Assembly (NCBI GenBank): GCA_963924565.1
Contig: OZ004610.1
Coordinates: 12,028,001 to 12,092,000 of the forward strand
Length of the DNA stretch: 64,000 nt
From: Ascidiella aspersa
Lineage: Eukaryota
Direction of reading: 5' to 3'
Of the stretch, positions 1 through 13,939 are shown piece by piece. A program made the position numbers and the translations under genes. The notes beneath the pieces are model-generated. The model saw only the letters and a program-made list of their open reading frames with translations, ran no database searches and was not told the DNA's origin. The stretch's first letter is position 1. Each line of letters starts with the position of its first letter.

Positions 1-52
1 TGGCACACCGCCCTCCTGAACCCTTTGACAAAAATATAAACATATTTTACAG

Positions 53-675
53 TCCTTCAATAGCCGATTTCTATGCTATTTCTTATATGCACATCACGCT
101 TCTTGGATTTTTGTCAACTATTATTGTCGGCGCACTGGTCAGCGTAGCAACTGGTGAGTTTACGTTTCTTTTGTTAAAATGACTGCAATTAAAACTAATT
201 TAAAAGGCGAAGGACAATACTTATTTTGGTTTTAATAAATAAATTACAGTCTTCTACAATTTTTGCAAGATTAGAACAAACTACCCTTGAGCCAAAACTT
301 TGTTCTATATGTTATCGGGCATTGCAGGAAAGCTTGAATAATCTTCACACGTTGACTTGGCTAAAAAATTGTATAAAAACTTTTGACAGCGAGATTTATT
401 GGTTTGACACCTGACAGTTCAAGATTTTCTTTCTTTTAGGTGGAACAAAAAACAAGCCGCCTGAGAAGAAACTGCTAGCACATCCATTTGCTAAAGAGCG
501 TCATGATTCTCGTGATTTAAAGAAACAAGCGAAGATAACTAGCGCGGGCGATTTGTCGAGCCATCTGATCCAGGAAAAATCACTCTGGCCAGGAGCTTCA
601 AAGTCTGTGCAACCTTTAGTAAAAGAATGCCAGCCAAGACAACTCGACGTCCAGGAAACTGATCCGTATATTTAA
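53..675 (+). CDS. 3' end (last two exons) of an SLC5-family sodium:solute symporter (SMCT/SLC5A8-like), upstream tandem paralog
   Basis: Exons 53-153 (PSIADFYAISYMHITLLGFLSTIIVGALVSVATG, the last TM helix) and 440-675 (GTKNKPPEKKLL...ETDPYI*), with AG/GT borders and matching phase. They align with the last two exons of the gene at 2613-10251 ([34 protein letters not shown]). Confidence 0.88.
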
Positions 676-2612
676 CAGACTTTACGCTTAAGGCATACGA
701 GAAAAATTAAAATTGTTAGGAACGATAGGCCTACCTATACGCGCAGAAATTTAAAAGCTGTGTTATACTTGTGGCAGCTCTTACTCTTCCGCATTGCTTA
801 CCTTGTCCTCCAACAGTATGTTATACTGTTTTTCATTACTTAGTCGCAAAACATGTCTGCTAATTTAAAAGTCGGATAAAACTGTAAAGCATTTAGATTG
901 TAGAAGAACGGCATTTCTAACATGTTTGTACATTGAGTTATATAATCATTATAAGTAATTTGGTTGCTATAATAAAAAATACTTATCAACAGATTTAGAG
1001 GCCCTGGCCACCGTTCTATCTGACTCCTTTATTATGAAAATGAATAAACTGTCTCAATATTTTAACATGTATCACACCAAGTTGCGCATTTTAAATACAT
1101 TTTATATAAATTGTAGATAAATTCCCTTTCAACAAATTTCACTTTCGCAGTGACGTAAAACAACGTCACTCAAAAGCAACTGCGTTAGACTTATTGGAGT
1201 TTACCAAGCTGATTCTTTTACACGGCATCTTGTAACTAAGCATCGGCCGCCACAATGAAATGCAAAACGTTACTAATTGCTTTCTAAAAAAAACAGTAAG
1301 CAAGTATAATAAAGGTGGACACCGGGCAAACTTCTAAGTTTGCCATTCAAATTAAGTAGTATAATGAGGTCTTCTTATACAGTTAAATTCGTCAGAAAAC
1401 GTGCCTGAAAGCCACTAAATTCGAAATGAACTTTAAAAGTTGTTTAGCTGATAGAAATGCCTTCAACGAATGATTTGAAAATCGAAAACAAAAAGGAATG
1501 ATGAAATAAATGTGTGACAGCTACATTTTTATTTATTGAAATAATACGGCTCATTGGCAACTATATGAAAGACTTAAAAAAAAAAATTAAATAAAAAAAT
1601 GAAGCCTACTTTTCATATTGCTGCCACATGCTGAGTTGCAGTTGTTTTGCACAAAACAACATTTCGGTTCGTTTCGTATAGGCCTAATATTTGCCTTTTA
1701 ACTCGCATGAGCAAATACGGAATCCGCCTGTTCGCCGGCAAAACGGCGTCCGTGAAAAAGCTTATCCCAACATAAACCAAACAGCCCCTATTTAAAAGCG
1801 ATGGAACAATGCGAAAGCCAAGCTAAGCAAGCACTGACCGTTACGCTCCAATTACTCAAGCCAGGCCTGCAGTAACACTAAGATGAGGGACGGCGGCAAT
1901 GTGCGGTCTGCCGTACAGTCCGCCTCGCAGGAAAAGTCAAAGGCTCAATTAGTCAAAAGATGTGATTAAGTATGGAATGGCGCGGTATTTATCCGCCTCG
2001 TTAACGCTATCGGAATTTCTGCGTGGGAAATTTAGTTGATCAAATTGCCCCCAACGTGAGTTTAAGGCCATAATAAAGTGTCTGCGAGTTTGATGTTCCG
2101 ATAAAGGTATCCCAAAATATGCCTTTCTTTCAAAGTGGTAAAAGGGGAGAAGATAACTGTCGTAAAAAACAGTCTTGTTTTATCGTTATAGTGCAGTTGC
2201 GTAGTCCTTTTAGTGTTCAAATGAAAAAAGGTATAAACTTTAAATGAGAAAATAGATTACTTTAAATTTGTCCTGTAAGGCAAATCAGAAATTATTTTTA
2301 CCTAATCTAAAATGCTAGATCGGTGAACATCTTGTCGGAAGTATCGATTAGTATTTTTTCCTTGGTATGCTCTTTTGCAGGAGTTCTGTCTCCATATTTA
2401 AAGAGCGGTTGAATGCCTCTCTTACATGGTAATTCTAGTTAAATATTAACAGATATACGATCGTACAATGTGTAGGCCAGTTGTGTAACTGGACTGTTAA
2501 TTCCGTTCTCGTCAAGTCGATCAGCCACTTTGTTATGATAAGCTGCTATTTAGTTCATGTGACGTGGACCTGGTAGAAATTTACTGATTACTTTGTTTGC
2601 TGTGCATCAAGC

Positions 2613-5600
2613 ATGGGCGTTACTGATTTCGCGACAACTGCTGCAGTTACAACGACGACAATTGCAGGTGTGCTCAATTGTGTTTTGCATCTTTTTTTGT
2701 AAACCATTGTTTAAGTAGCCATTACATACTTTTATAGCAGCTAGTTCCTAATCCAAAAACTACAGCAGACAGTCTGCATTTATTTTCAATGATAAACTTT
2801 GGTTGTAAATTACCATTCTTTTATGGTGATAAACCATAAATCAGTCTCGCTTGACAACTGCATTAGGGCACATAGTAGTAAAAACAAGAGCTATAATGCT
2901 TCTGTGAGGGGCCAGTTCACTTTTTATACGCCCAGTCGCTCAGTTCAAGATAAATACGAGTATAAACAGACGGAGCTTAAAACGTTAGTCAAACCATTCT
3001 TTTGTTTTCCAAATACTTTTTATTTTTTTATTTAGTATTGTAAACTGTTAAAAACGGTAGAGCAATTCATTTGTAAGTTCATCACCTCATTCAATTGACA
3101 TGTGGTCTAATTTAAAGCAACTTACTGATATTGTAGTCGACGAACAAGTTTGGTAGACGACAAACAAAATTGTCTATAATAAATAGCCATACATGCTCAA
3201 CATTTAGTTATTCATCTTAATTTGTGTGTTTCTAAAACGATACATTAGTGAAGCTTTGCTATAGCGGCAAGTATGAGCAGGCCTACGAAGTAGTCTATCG
3301 CACTCATAAACTGACATACTGTACCTGGCTGTAATTTTGCAATCTATTGTATTTATGTAGATGTGGGTGCCACAAAAAACCTGTTTCAACCGATCGACTA
3401 TGTCATTTTTGTTATTTTGCTTATGGCCTCGGCTGCAATCGGCCTGTTCTTTGCCATTCGCGACCGAAGACGAAAGTATGGAAACGATACCTCAGAATAT
3501 TTAATGGCAGGACGACAGATGTCTTTTGGTAAGAAATACATATTCACGTCTTTCCGACATAAAGGCAGTTTGGTAAGGATACATATTTCTTTAAACTATT
3601 TCCTAATGTATTCCGCGTGGTACTGCTTTTTGCAAAAAAATATTTTCTTTAACTTAGTGGCAGTTTGCATTTATATAGTTTAATCTGGCACAAAATATAG
3701 CACCCTCTTCAGAGTTTATTTAAATTTATACCGAATGACAAAATATTTTGTTTAGGTCTAAAAGTTTGGCCCCTGACCTTAAAAAAGAGTATTGGTGGAC
3801 GCTATAGTGATTCTTGTATGTATAATGTTATTTTATCTAATCAAAACTAATGCTGAATTATCGGATCAATTTTTTTCAAATGTTGTATGAAAGAAGGGGC
3901 ACTGAACAGTAGTTTGGTCAGATTTATCTCCTTTCAGTTAGTAAACACAGCAGAACAACCACACAAATAAACATCTCCTATTCAACCATTACCAGTGCAT
4001 ATTTTAATCGAAGCACAACTTTCAATTTTATTCAGGTCCCGTGACAATGAGTTTGATCGCCAGTTTTATGTCTTCCGTAACGATACTGGGGGTTCCGGCT
4101 GAGTATTACATCTACGGCACTATGTTCACCTGGTTTGCGCTTGTCTACGCCCTGGTGGCCGTTATCATCGCCTATGTTTACATGCCGGTGTTCTACGACT
4201 TAGGTGCACACAGTACATACGAGGTTCGTTAAAGCCGGGTAAATGGAAACTTAAAATATAGGTCACCTTCGTGTTAAATAGTACAATTTTCGCGCCAAAT
4301 GCACAGCGTTCCGCTCTGAAAATCACGCATTATTGAGTGATGCCTTATCTCAACTGGTAGGCTTGCTATTTTAATCCAGTGGTATAACATGTTTATTGGA
4401 CGAAATATTTTTAACACTACCTATATTCAAGGACTTCACAGTTCTAACTTTACTCACACCGTTTTATATTTCAGTACTTAGAAATGCGATTTCATCGGGT
4501 CACCAGGCTCATCGTCACGTATATGTACTTTATCTTGTCGGTGAGTTTTTTTTTTGTTATCTTTACCCATACACAAACTTAAACTTTCCTATAATGCTTG
4601 CCCAGTTGCTGTACGGTGGAGTTGTAGTATATGGTCCGGCCTTAGCGCTCCAAGAAGTGACGGGATTTGATCTGTGGGTTGCAATCCTTTCAACAGGCTT
4701 GGTTTGCATGTTCTACACTGCACTGGTGGGTTTTTCATTAGGTATCGTAAAACACCTATATATGTATGTTATAACGCCAGTATCTACAAAAAAGAAAAAC
4801 ACAGTTAAAAACCTGCCACAGTTTGTTCCTATTTTGTTGTCTTATTTACAGGGTGGCTTGAAAGCTGTTATTTGGACAGATGTATTGCAAAGTGTCGTTA
4901 TGATGTCGGGATTCTTTGCGGTCATTATCCAGGGAAGCATTAATCATGGTGGTTTCGCAAACATATGGAACGCAGCGTACGAAGGAGGACGCATAGATTT
5001 TGTGCAGTTGAGTAAAAACGGAAATATTTTAATATAAATACAGCATTATATGTGTGTGTTAACCGCTGGCCCGCTTTTAAAACCTGCGTGTTAGGTTGTT
5101 TTTGGAATAAATGCACTGAAGCAGGGTAAAAACTTTTTACCATCTGTTTACGCCAGGGCTTTTCAATACGTTTAGGAAAGTCCCAGATACGAACGTTCAA
5201 AATTTGTTAAAGTCCGGCAAAGGCAACTACATACTTCAAAATAAAAGAAGTTTTATGTTTTCGAAATACAAAACTATTTAACTGAGCTTGTAGATAAATT
5301 TACGTTTTCTTATTTCTTTGCGAGTTCCTAAAATGCCACCAAACCGTACATCTGAGTATAGTTAATCAACCCAAACAAACTGGAAATTAATTGAGGGCCA
5401 TGCACATTCCAAAAAAACAGCCATCCAAAAGTCCAGATGTAGAACGAAGAAAGCGATTTAAGTTGTCCTGGTATATTTAATGTCGAATGAAATGTTGCAA
5501 CTTTGGTTTTGTAACTATAGTACCGTAAAACTCTGTCATTCCCTTTTTCTTCTGCAGTTTTGAGGCTGACCCTCGTATACGTCACACTTTCTGGTCCATT

Positions 5601-8600
5601 CTCTTGGGCGGAACAGTGTTCTGGATCGGCATCAACGGCGTCAATCAGGCGCAGGTGCAGCGCTACGTCTGTTGCAAGAGCAAGAGCGACGCACGAAAGT
5701 AGGCCTGATCGGATTAACTAAGCCAACACGAACAACGGCTGTCTTTAAAAAGCTTATTGCGAAATCGCACTTTTTTCAATTTACAAGTTTAACGTATATA
5801 CGCATTTACCAGCCAGTCAATGGAAGTTTCAAAACATGTTTAGAAGTATATTGCTTCGCAATAAAAAATATGTAGGACCTAAAATAGCATTTTATTTTTT
5901 TAAGGAAACGTAAAAATGAATTGCAATTACATGCCAAACTTTTCTGTGGTATACCCCTCATAATGTAATAAACCTTTCGTTTAACGGTGATACAAAATTT
6001 ATATTTGTTGCTTGCACGTATACGCGGTATAGTTATGCGACACTTCAAATTAATGTATTTTTTGAACTATTGTTAACAATTTGATGTGGATATTCGGAAA
6101 ACATGTAGCCTAACAATTGTGTAAAACTGATATAGGTCCATACTCGCGACTCCTAGAATTCGTGGCACTCCTTTAATATTGGGAAGCGCTGGTTTGTTAC
6201 GTTTGCTAATCCATTGTTTATGTCTTCTTATTACAGAGCAATTTTGCTGGACGGCTTTGGTTTAATAGTTATTTTAGTGATGGCCGGAATGACCGGACTA
6301 GTCATTTACGCGACCTATAAAGACTGCGATCCATTGGACAGCAACGCTATCAGTAAATCAGATCAGGTTTGTAGACAATTTGCCTTTCTTAAGCTCTCAT
6401 AAAAAGATCCAGCTTATATAACGTGTATTCATATTTTTCCAGCTTTTTCCTTACATTGTAATGGACATCTTGGGATATTTACCAGGTGTCCCTGGCATCT
6501 TTGTTGCTGGCGTTTACAGTAGCTCCCTGAGGTAATGTGTAGTATTAATCTTTTTATTTTACACAGATCGTATTGCTTATCAATACTTTGTTATGAATTC
6601 TGTATTATATACTTCGTCTTTTTTGGAAAAATAATGCTTTAAGAAATATAAAGCCATCCAAACACTAACTTTTGTCCAAAACTTTTTATCGAATCACTTA
6701 TCAGAGATAACTATTTAACGCTTTCTAAACTGTCAGGCGATATTGAAACGGAAGCGATGGTAATCAAATTGTGATATTTGTGTCGTGCTTGCATGAATTG
6801 AATAATGCTTCAATGAATTGAAGACTTTTAAACACGTTGTGCCTTTCAGTACTATATCTTCGGGGATGAATGCCATGGCGTGCGTCGCTTTGGAAGATGT
6901 CATCAAACCGAATACCAACTGGAGACCGCGCACCTACCTAACTGTCTCTAAGATCCTCGTCGTAGTCTTCGGGGTTCTGTACATTCTACTAGCTTACATG
7001 GCGTCTGTTGTTGGCGGACTAATTCGTGTAAGCACATACCAATTTATTAAAATTGGCCAAAAATACAGTTTGGGGCGCATTGACAAGTGACCCTATGTCG
7101 ATCCATCCCTGTTATTATTTTTACTTTGTCTCGGCGTCCAGGATTGTCTTATCAAAAGCTTCCCCTTTGTTATTAGTCATCCATTGTTGTCGTACACCTA
7201 CACTAATTGAATATTAATTTGCTGTGATTAATATGTTTAGCCAACTTGCTCAGCTACAGATTTACCGTAAAAGTAATGGCGCGTCTTCCATGTTAATCCA
7301 AAAAAAAAATAATAGTTCGATAAGCACTGAAACAATTATTCCAGTAATTTATCTGAAAACTATAAATTTTAAACAATAATCGTCGATTCAGTGTTGTATG
7401 ACTTAAGGCAGTGATCGGCAAACTGTTATTGTCGAGGCCCAAAATACCCTTTTCGAGATGCCTTAGAATATATACCGTCTTTAGGCGGAATAGATTTAAG
7501 TAAAACCGATAAAAGTTAATTTCCATAGTTAAACTTAGCTAAAAGTATAGTTTATGGGAGGGAGACATGGCCTGGAGGCCCTTTGATGTAACAATGAACC
7601 AAGATAAATCAGTACACATAAACTTTTACATAGTGCGACGAATGTACCGCTATCACGCGGCCCACAACTGCTTGATTAAACTAATTTATCGAAAAGTAGC
7701 TCGCGGCCTAATAAACATGACCAAGAGGTCCACATTTCTTTATAGTTTGCCGACCACTGACTTAAAGCAATGAATTTTATTTTTTTAAGTGTCTTTATTA
7801 TTTTATTTTAGTGAAAATGACTTGACTTGGACTTGCTGTTCAAAGACTTGTACTGGGACTTGACTTGGACCGAGTCATTTTAAAATGATTTATTTACAAC
7901 ACTGCGTCGAATACATGAATATTAAATAGAGCTTAAAAAACAGGATAACATTATTATATTGTTGGTTGCAGATGGCATACAGCATTCTTGGAATCATTGG
8001 TGGCCCGATAGCTGGAGTTTTCACGTTGGGAATGCTCATGCCGTTTGTCAATCACTGGGTGGGAGTTCTTGTGTGCTGTATATGACCGATGTTTGAAACT
8101 TGGGATCCAGGACTTTAGGGGGTGGTCATAAGTTTTTTTAGAGATGTCGTCGAAAAATTATGTTATAACGTCACGTCACAAAGTTACCTCAGTGCGTGAC
8201 GCCTTAGAATACAACATACCTCGTTTATTTTGTTAAAGTTGAAAGGTGTTATACTTTCGCTGCAAAAGCTACATTGCAAAATGTTATCGATTCGCGCAAA
8301 GAAAAAAAATTATGTCGTTTGATTTGGAACTTACGTGAAAGACTGTGCGATGGAGACGCAGGACGTATTTTGACTAAAACGACATTTAACAAAATAGGCG
8401 AAGCTTAAGTCATACCAGAAACTTTTCAAATTAAAAAAAATCATATTCGTGCGAAACGCGAAATATTAAATACCCGTTATGCCATTTTAGCGGATAATTA
8501 AATCAGTTCTCCATAGCGAATTGATTGTAACGCATCCACTAGCTTATAAGTAACAGGTAAAGGTGTTTGGTTTTTGCTTAATTTATCTAAAATAACCTCT

Positions 8601-10251
8601 ATAAAATCATTTTTAAATGTTTCCGTCTAGTTTTTTGTATAAAAAATGCGTCTTCTATAAAATGTAAATTTTGCCAAAAAACAAACTGCGAAATTTCTCA
8701 CGCTTCAATTGATTTATCTATTTGACAACATTTGACAAACAATCAATTTTTATTGACAACAACAAGCTTCTTTAAGTTACACATTTTATGTGATTACGAT
8801 ATGACGATTTTTACGATATAACGCATGTTATGATTTAGCGTATTTTACGATATGACGTAAGTCATGCTCAAGTACCAACCCCTAAAATCTTGAAAAGGTT
8901 TAAAAGCGACCCGGTTTAAGGTCTTAGATTAAAAAAAACAGTATGTGTATATTTATATATGTATAATTGTATCATTGTTTGTTAATTAAGGGTGCAACAT
9001 CTGGCGTGCTTTGTGGTTTAGCTTCAACTGTTTGGGTTTTCATTGGATCCCTGGTCTATCCCAAACCAGCTGAATTTTTTGGCGCACTGCCGCGGACCAC
9101 TGAAGGGTGTTCAGCAAAGGATGCCGTCATAATCTCCACCACTGCCCCTCCTACCAATTTCACGACGATAGGTCTCGTTTTGGCAAATGCAACCACCACC
9201 GAAACTATGCCTACGGATACCAGGTATAAGCCAACACTTTGTGGTTTAATCATTGTAAGTTGTGTAAAAACACGAGGACTGCAATTGGCTGATATAAATT
9301 ACAACTCATTCAAAAGCCTGCATATAGCTCAGTTGGTAGAGCGACGGTCCCGGCTAGACCGGAGGTCGTGGGTTCGAACCTCACTGCAGGCTAGTTGTTT
9401 TTCTAGCCTGCTCTGCCTGCATCATTAATCGATAGATTCGGTGAGTGTGCAATGGCTTTCAGTGTACATTAGTCAAAAGATTGGGAAATAGCCAAATGGT
9501 TAGCTTTCCTACCGTACAATTCATTTTGCAAACGTTTGTATGGCATTTAGTTTTGTGTAGGACCTAAGCCCACTCACCAATTATAAAGTCACACCTAATG
9601 GTGCACATACCAGAATAACTGTGGAGTATTATCTGCAGTAAGGTTCGATTTACTACTTTTTGCCAATCCTACCTTTTTGCCTTAAATTTCCAAACATTGC
9701 ATAATTTTTATGCGTTTTAACTTCAACTGCGTGTGATTTAGGCCCCCGATCGCGGATTTTTATGCGATGTCATACATTTACATCGCGCTGCTCGGCTTTG
9801 CAACATGCATCATTGTTGGGATTTTGGTCAGTCTAGCCACAGGTATAACTGAACAAAACTATTTAACTTTTGTTAAACGTTTTTCTTAGCTTAATTGATA
9901 GGCCTTTGTTATAGCAGATGTTTTACTGTTGTTTTTTTAGTATTGTTTTTGTAAAAAAAAATTAATAAAAAACGTACTCACATTTCGATACACGTTGGAT
10001 ATCAGCCTATATAATTTGGCACAGGATGCACCAAGAAAAATCCTCCGAACAGAGAACTTCTGTGTAGCTTTCTGAGATCAGGGGATGACGATGCTAATTC
10101 CGTTCTGGAACGTTCGGCCAGCTGGCACGCCGCCTCCCATCACATGGTGCAAGTCACTGGCGACATTGCAGAAGCCCAGCCTCTTCAAACAGCCAGGATA
10201 AAAGACGATGAAAAACAACCCTTTTCTGCCGAGAAGGAGTCCACTTTTTAA
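2613..10251 (+). CDS. SLC5-family Na+-coupled monocarboxylate/anion symporter (SLC5A8/A12/A5/A6 clade), about 645 aa, 14 exons
   Basis: Exons 2613-2667, 3361-3528, 4036-4223, 4475-4540, 4606-4725, 4852-5006, 5558-5698, 6237-6366, 6443-6531, 6850-7027, 7972-8058, 8991-9223, 9742-9842, 10025-10251. All are GT-AG and phase-consistent (1938 nt). Family motifs: [76 protein letters not shown]. Confidence 0.93.
7815..7905. repeat. Fragment of a GACTTGACTTG-rich MITE family
   Basis: tgacttgacttggacttg...gagtcattttaaaatga...acaacactg matches the end of the longer copy at about 40620-41028; another fragment lies near 59700-59760. Confidence 0.6.
9316..9470 (+). mobile_element. tRNA-derived SINE (intronic copy 1)
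   Basis: Head 9316-9391 folds as a tRNA-like cloverleaf: GCCTGCA/TGCAGGC acceptor stem, A-box TAGCTCAGTTGGTAGAGC, B-box GGTTCGAACC. It is followed by a non-tRNA body shared with the copy at 19421-19560. Confidence 0.8.
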
Positions 10252-11299
10252 ACAACGACATTATTGTATTTTTTGTTTTGCCAGTTTATACAGAATTGCG
10301 TCGTTAGTGCTTAATACGCCCTTCGAGTAGTCAGACATGGAACAAAAATGCCCGTTAAAGAGTGAGTATAGTGCGGACGTAACTCTGCCATAAAATTGAT
10401 CAGTTTTTGCTTTTAAACTGTTCGTAAACGACGGTTGGTTTTCTATATTTTTAATTACTACTTCCTTATGATAAACGACTAATCTTAAGCAGAAAACCAC
10501 TAAAAAAATGTGTAAAAATATTATAGACGCCGCAGTTCTCCAACTGCCGCCATTTTTACCACTTAATACCTTTTGTCTCACTAACTTTGCATCCACTAAC
10601 GTTGAAACCATAGTTTATTGTTTTGTGGTTTTGAAATGAATGATCCTACAAATCAAGATTAGCATCTAGGAATACTTTTATGAAGTTGTCATTTCCTTTA
10701 GCGTAGTAGTCCAGTGTTTTAGCGTATTGATCGCGACCCAAATTTGAGCTTCACGATATTTATTTTGGATCACTTGTCAAGATACAAAAAAAAACTTTAA
10801 AAATTGTAGACAAAGTTGAAAAAAGAATATTAAGAAAGTTGTAAGCGTCACACTTGATATATAGCATTGTTGCCTCATGGTTGCAACATGTTAAACGAAA
10901 AACACTGCAGTGAATGAGCTTTACCACGTGTATATTGGGCGATTTCATATAAGTAATACACCAAGACAGACCATAGATCGTGCCGTGTTATAAACAAGTA
11001 ATTTTGAAATGACTTGCGTGCTAGTCAAGTCATTTGGAAACTGTTTGCAAAAATGCAAGTCCAAGTCAGGTAAACTAATCCTTGTAAGAGCAATATCTCA
11101 ACTGAAAAATATAAAAAAAAAACGCAATGACACACCTCCGGGAACGTCGCGGCACACCTGGCTTGGTCTCGCGGCACTTTGGAGTTTTAAAAAAATGTTT
11201 GCGGTGCGTTAAACCTTGCGAATGATTTCTTGAAGTGTGGTACGCAGGTTTTTTTTTTCTTCTTTTTCTCAATAAGTCAAATTGTGGACTTTTAATGTT

Positions 11300-12200
11300 C
11301 AGCGCATGTTTATGCGGTGTTAAATACAGCAAGGTATCTTGCATTGCATCTTATTATAACAAGAAGCGGACGTACAAGGAGGTGTTGCATTGACTGGTCT
11401 TGTCCGAAGTCACATAGGGTCGAGTCGTCTGAGTATGACAATCTTTGTGCAATGTGTGGTTGAGGTTTAAGAGATGTCCGATATAAGATTACCGTGGGCG
11501 AAATGGCGTGATGCATTGTCTTTACCTGCTTTAACAAAGCATTGACTCTAGCTTCTCGCCGCATTTTCGGTATGTGCTGGGGTGCCAGACAGTTGTTGCA
11601 TAGTCGTAAAAGCGTCGCAAACTGGTTTTAAGTCGGATCTGTTAAAATTGTTAAGAAAGCATCTATTCCAGCTGCCTTTCCTGACTTAGGATTCTATATT
11701 TCTTTGCTGAAATCCTCAATGGTAAAGCGGTAAGTGAAGCCGAGATGTTCATCAGAGCATGGCCTTTTTGGCTTGATATTTTAGCTTCTTAGGATGACTG
11801 GATATATCTTTGCCATTTAAAAGAAGTTGGGGGGGGGAATCTGGTTGGCGGACCTCACATAAATAGCCTGACTCACATAAATAGCACTTAAATACTGCTC
11901 GTGAGGTGACTCTACTACTAGAATGATGCCTGGCACTCCAGGACGGACCAGTTTCAACCTCGGTACGTCTCCTGTATACATAGCACGTGACAGTTGTGAT
12001 ACACACATGACCAAGTTTGTGATTTTTTTGAGTAGAAACCTTCCATATTGACGGATAACACAGTAAGATATAGGTCTAGGGCTCACTTTTGGTTTATATT
12101 GGTATCCTTTTGACAGTTGAGTGGCATGCAGAACTAGTTGGCATCATTGGCTTTATGGAAGCACTTTTTTATGATTAGTTTGCCTGCCAGGATTGCGCTT
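11300..12200 (-). mobile_element. Decayed non-LTR retrotransposon (LINE) fragment, RT/C-terminal region, Vingi/Ingi-like
   Basis: Broken minus-strand frames give ...YSDDSTLCDFGQDQSMQHLLV(R)P, resembling the C-x-CG-xx-QTM-x-HLL-x-C tail of Vingi-type ORFs, plus degenerate RT-like segments (RLKLVRPGVPG; GRFLLKK). Many stops and frameshifts; boundaries approximate. Confidence 0.55.
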
Positions 12201-13499
12201 TTGCATTGACAGCGGTTCTTTATACAAGTAAAAATGTTCCCATGCACGCCTAACATCGTTGCGCGGTACACCGCAGCGCAGCAGTATATCGTTACGCATT
12301 ACTGTGATTAGCAATCAATTAACCAATAACATACCTCCCCGTAATTTCCTTCCCTCTATTATACATCTTTCTAACAATTGCCATTCTATGCAGACGTGAT
12401 ATAGAGGTAAATCATAGTCTTAACCAACGATAGGTTTAGACGGGTGTCGGGTATAGACCTAGACTAACAGTGTAACAACATATAAAGAATGACATAATTC
12501 AGTGTTAGGATATTTCAGGCCCCTGATTTCGAGAATGTAATTATACTTGTTTCGAATTTGCTTTAGTTTTAAGAGGGTAGTTTTTTTTCGCCGAAATAAT
12601 TTTTTTCGCTTTTTTTGCATTGGAATAGCCTACACACGTCGATCGCCACGTAAATGCCATGGGCAAAGTGTGAAGTAAGTCCAGGTACATTTCGCAGAGA
12701 TGAAAATACTGTTTAGTAGCCTATACTGCACTGCTTCTTAAACTTTTTTAGTTTCGTTCACCCCTAGCATCTATCTCCAGATTTCATTCACCCTTGTCTC
12801 ATGATATGATAAAACTATCTCGTCTATATATAACAGCACAAAAGACTTTATGTTGTTTCGATTATTGTTAAAATCAACTCAAGCTAAGTTTTACCATTGT
12901 TAATCTACAATTTCGCTAGTTCAGGAATATTAAGTTAAAAAAACACAAAACAAAGTCACCAAATTGTTGTACTTATACTAGGACTAAGTAAAACGAAAAT
13001 AGAATTGTTACGTTTGAGAAATACGTGCCATATCCACAACTTTTTTCAGCAGCGGCACCCTTTGTAATTTTCCTATGACTTGCACCCCTACGAAAAATAG
13101 AATTTTTAATCAAATATCACTGAGACAACAAAAAAATAGTGTAGTTTGTTGTCGGTCGCGAGAAGCGCGAAAAGAATTGGATTTAATTGGTTGAATTGGC
13201 GCTAAACTGTAAAATCATGAGGCTTTTCGCAAAACATTTCTTCCCCCTATTGCTAGCCTGTTATCCAATTATATAAAATATGGATAAAAAATAGTTCGAA
13301 CGGTGGATGACTTTTATCGTTTATCTATAAGTTAGAAAAATTATAATTAAATATGGCCGTTATAGCTTCGATGATATGAAAGCATGGAATGGCACTCAGA
13401 GAGACTTTGTGCTCAACAAAGTAAACAAAATAAGATAACAGAAGATTCGCAAATTTTTTGGGGTCAGTTTTGATGTTAAAGTTGGCAAAAACAGAGTTT

Positions 13500-13939
13500 G
13501 TGCAGCACTGTAGGACTGGTGTACAACCAAACCAAAAACAATACCATTATCATAGCAAAAAATTTAAGACTCGGGACTTGACGGAGTCACTTTGTTTTTC
13601 CAGGAGTCGGACTCGGGACTCTAGTAAAACCATGTAAAACTACTCGAGTTCCGAGTCCGACATGCGCATGCGTAGTATTAAAATTTAAAGTCAGTTAAAA
13701 TTTAACTGACATTGCCGCAAACTGTAAACTGTAAAGGTTGAATAACAAATGGTGGTTATATTCCAACAATGTATTGTAAGTGGATAAATTATATTACACT
13801 CTGATAAGGGATTTCTGAAAATCCACCTAAATTTAGTTGCGTAATTGGTGAATTACATGCTGTAGAGTCGGAGCCGGACTCGGGACTCGACGAAATATAA
13901 GAGACTCGGGAGTCGAACACAACCGACTCCGCAGCCCTG
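13500..13939 (-). mobile_element. MITE with GAGTCGGACTCGGG subterminal repeats
   Basis: Multiple gactcgggact/gagtcggactc motifs and a ccgactccgcagccctg terminus; homologous to 32070-32487 and 56865-57225. Confidence 0.7.

Noticed and set aside
9316-9391. Functional tRNA-Ala(GGC) gene
   Set aside because: Non-canonical spacing, no U33, no immediate poly-T terminator, and a 3' body shared with a second dispersed copy indicate a SINE.
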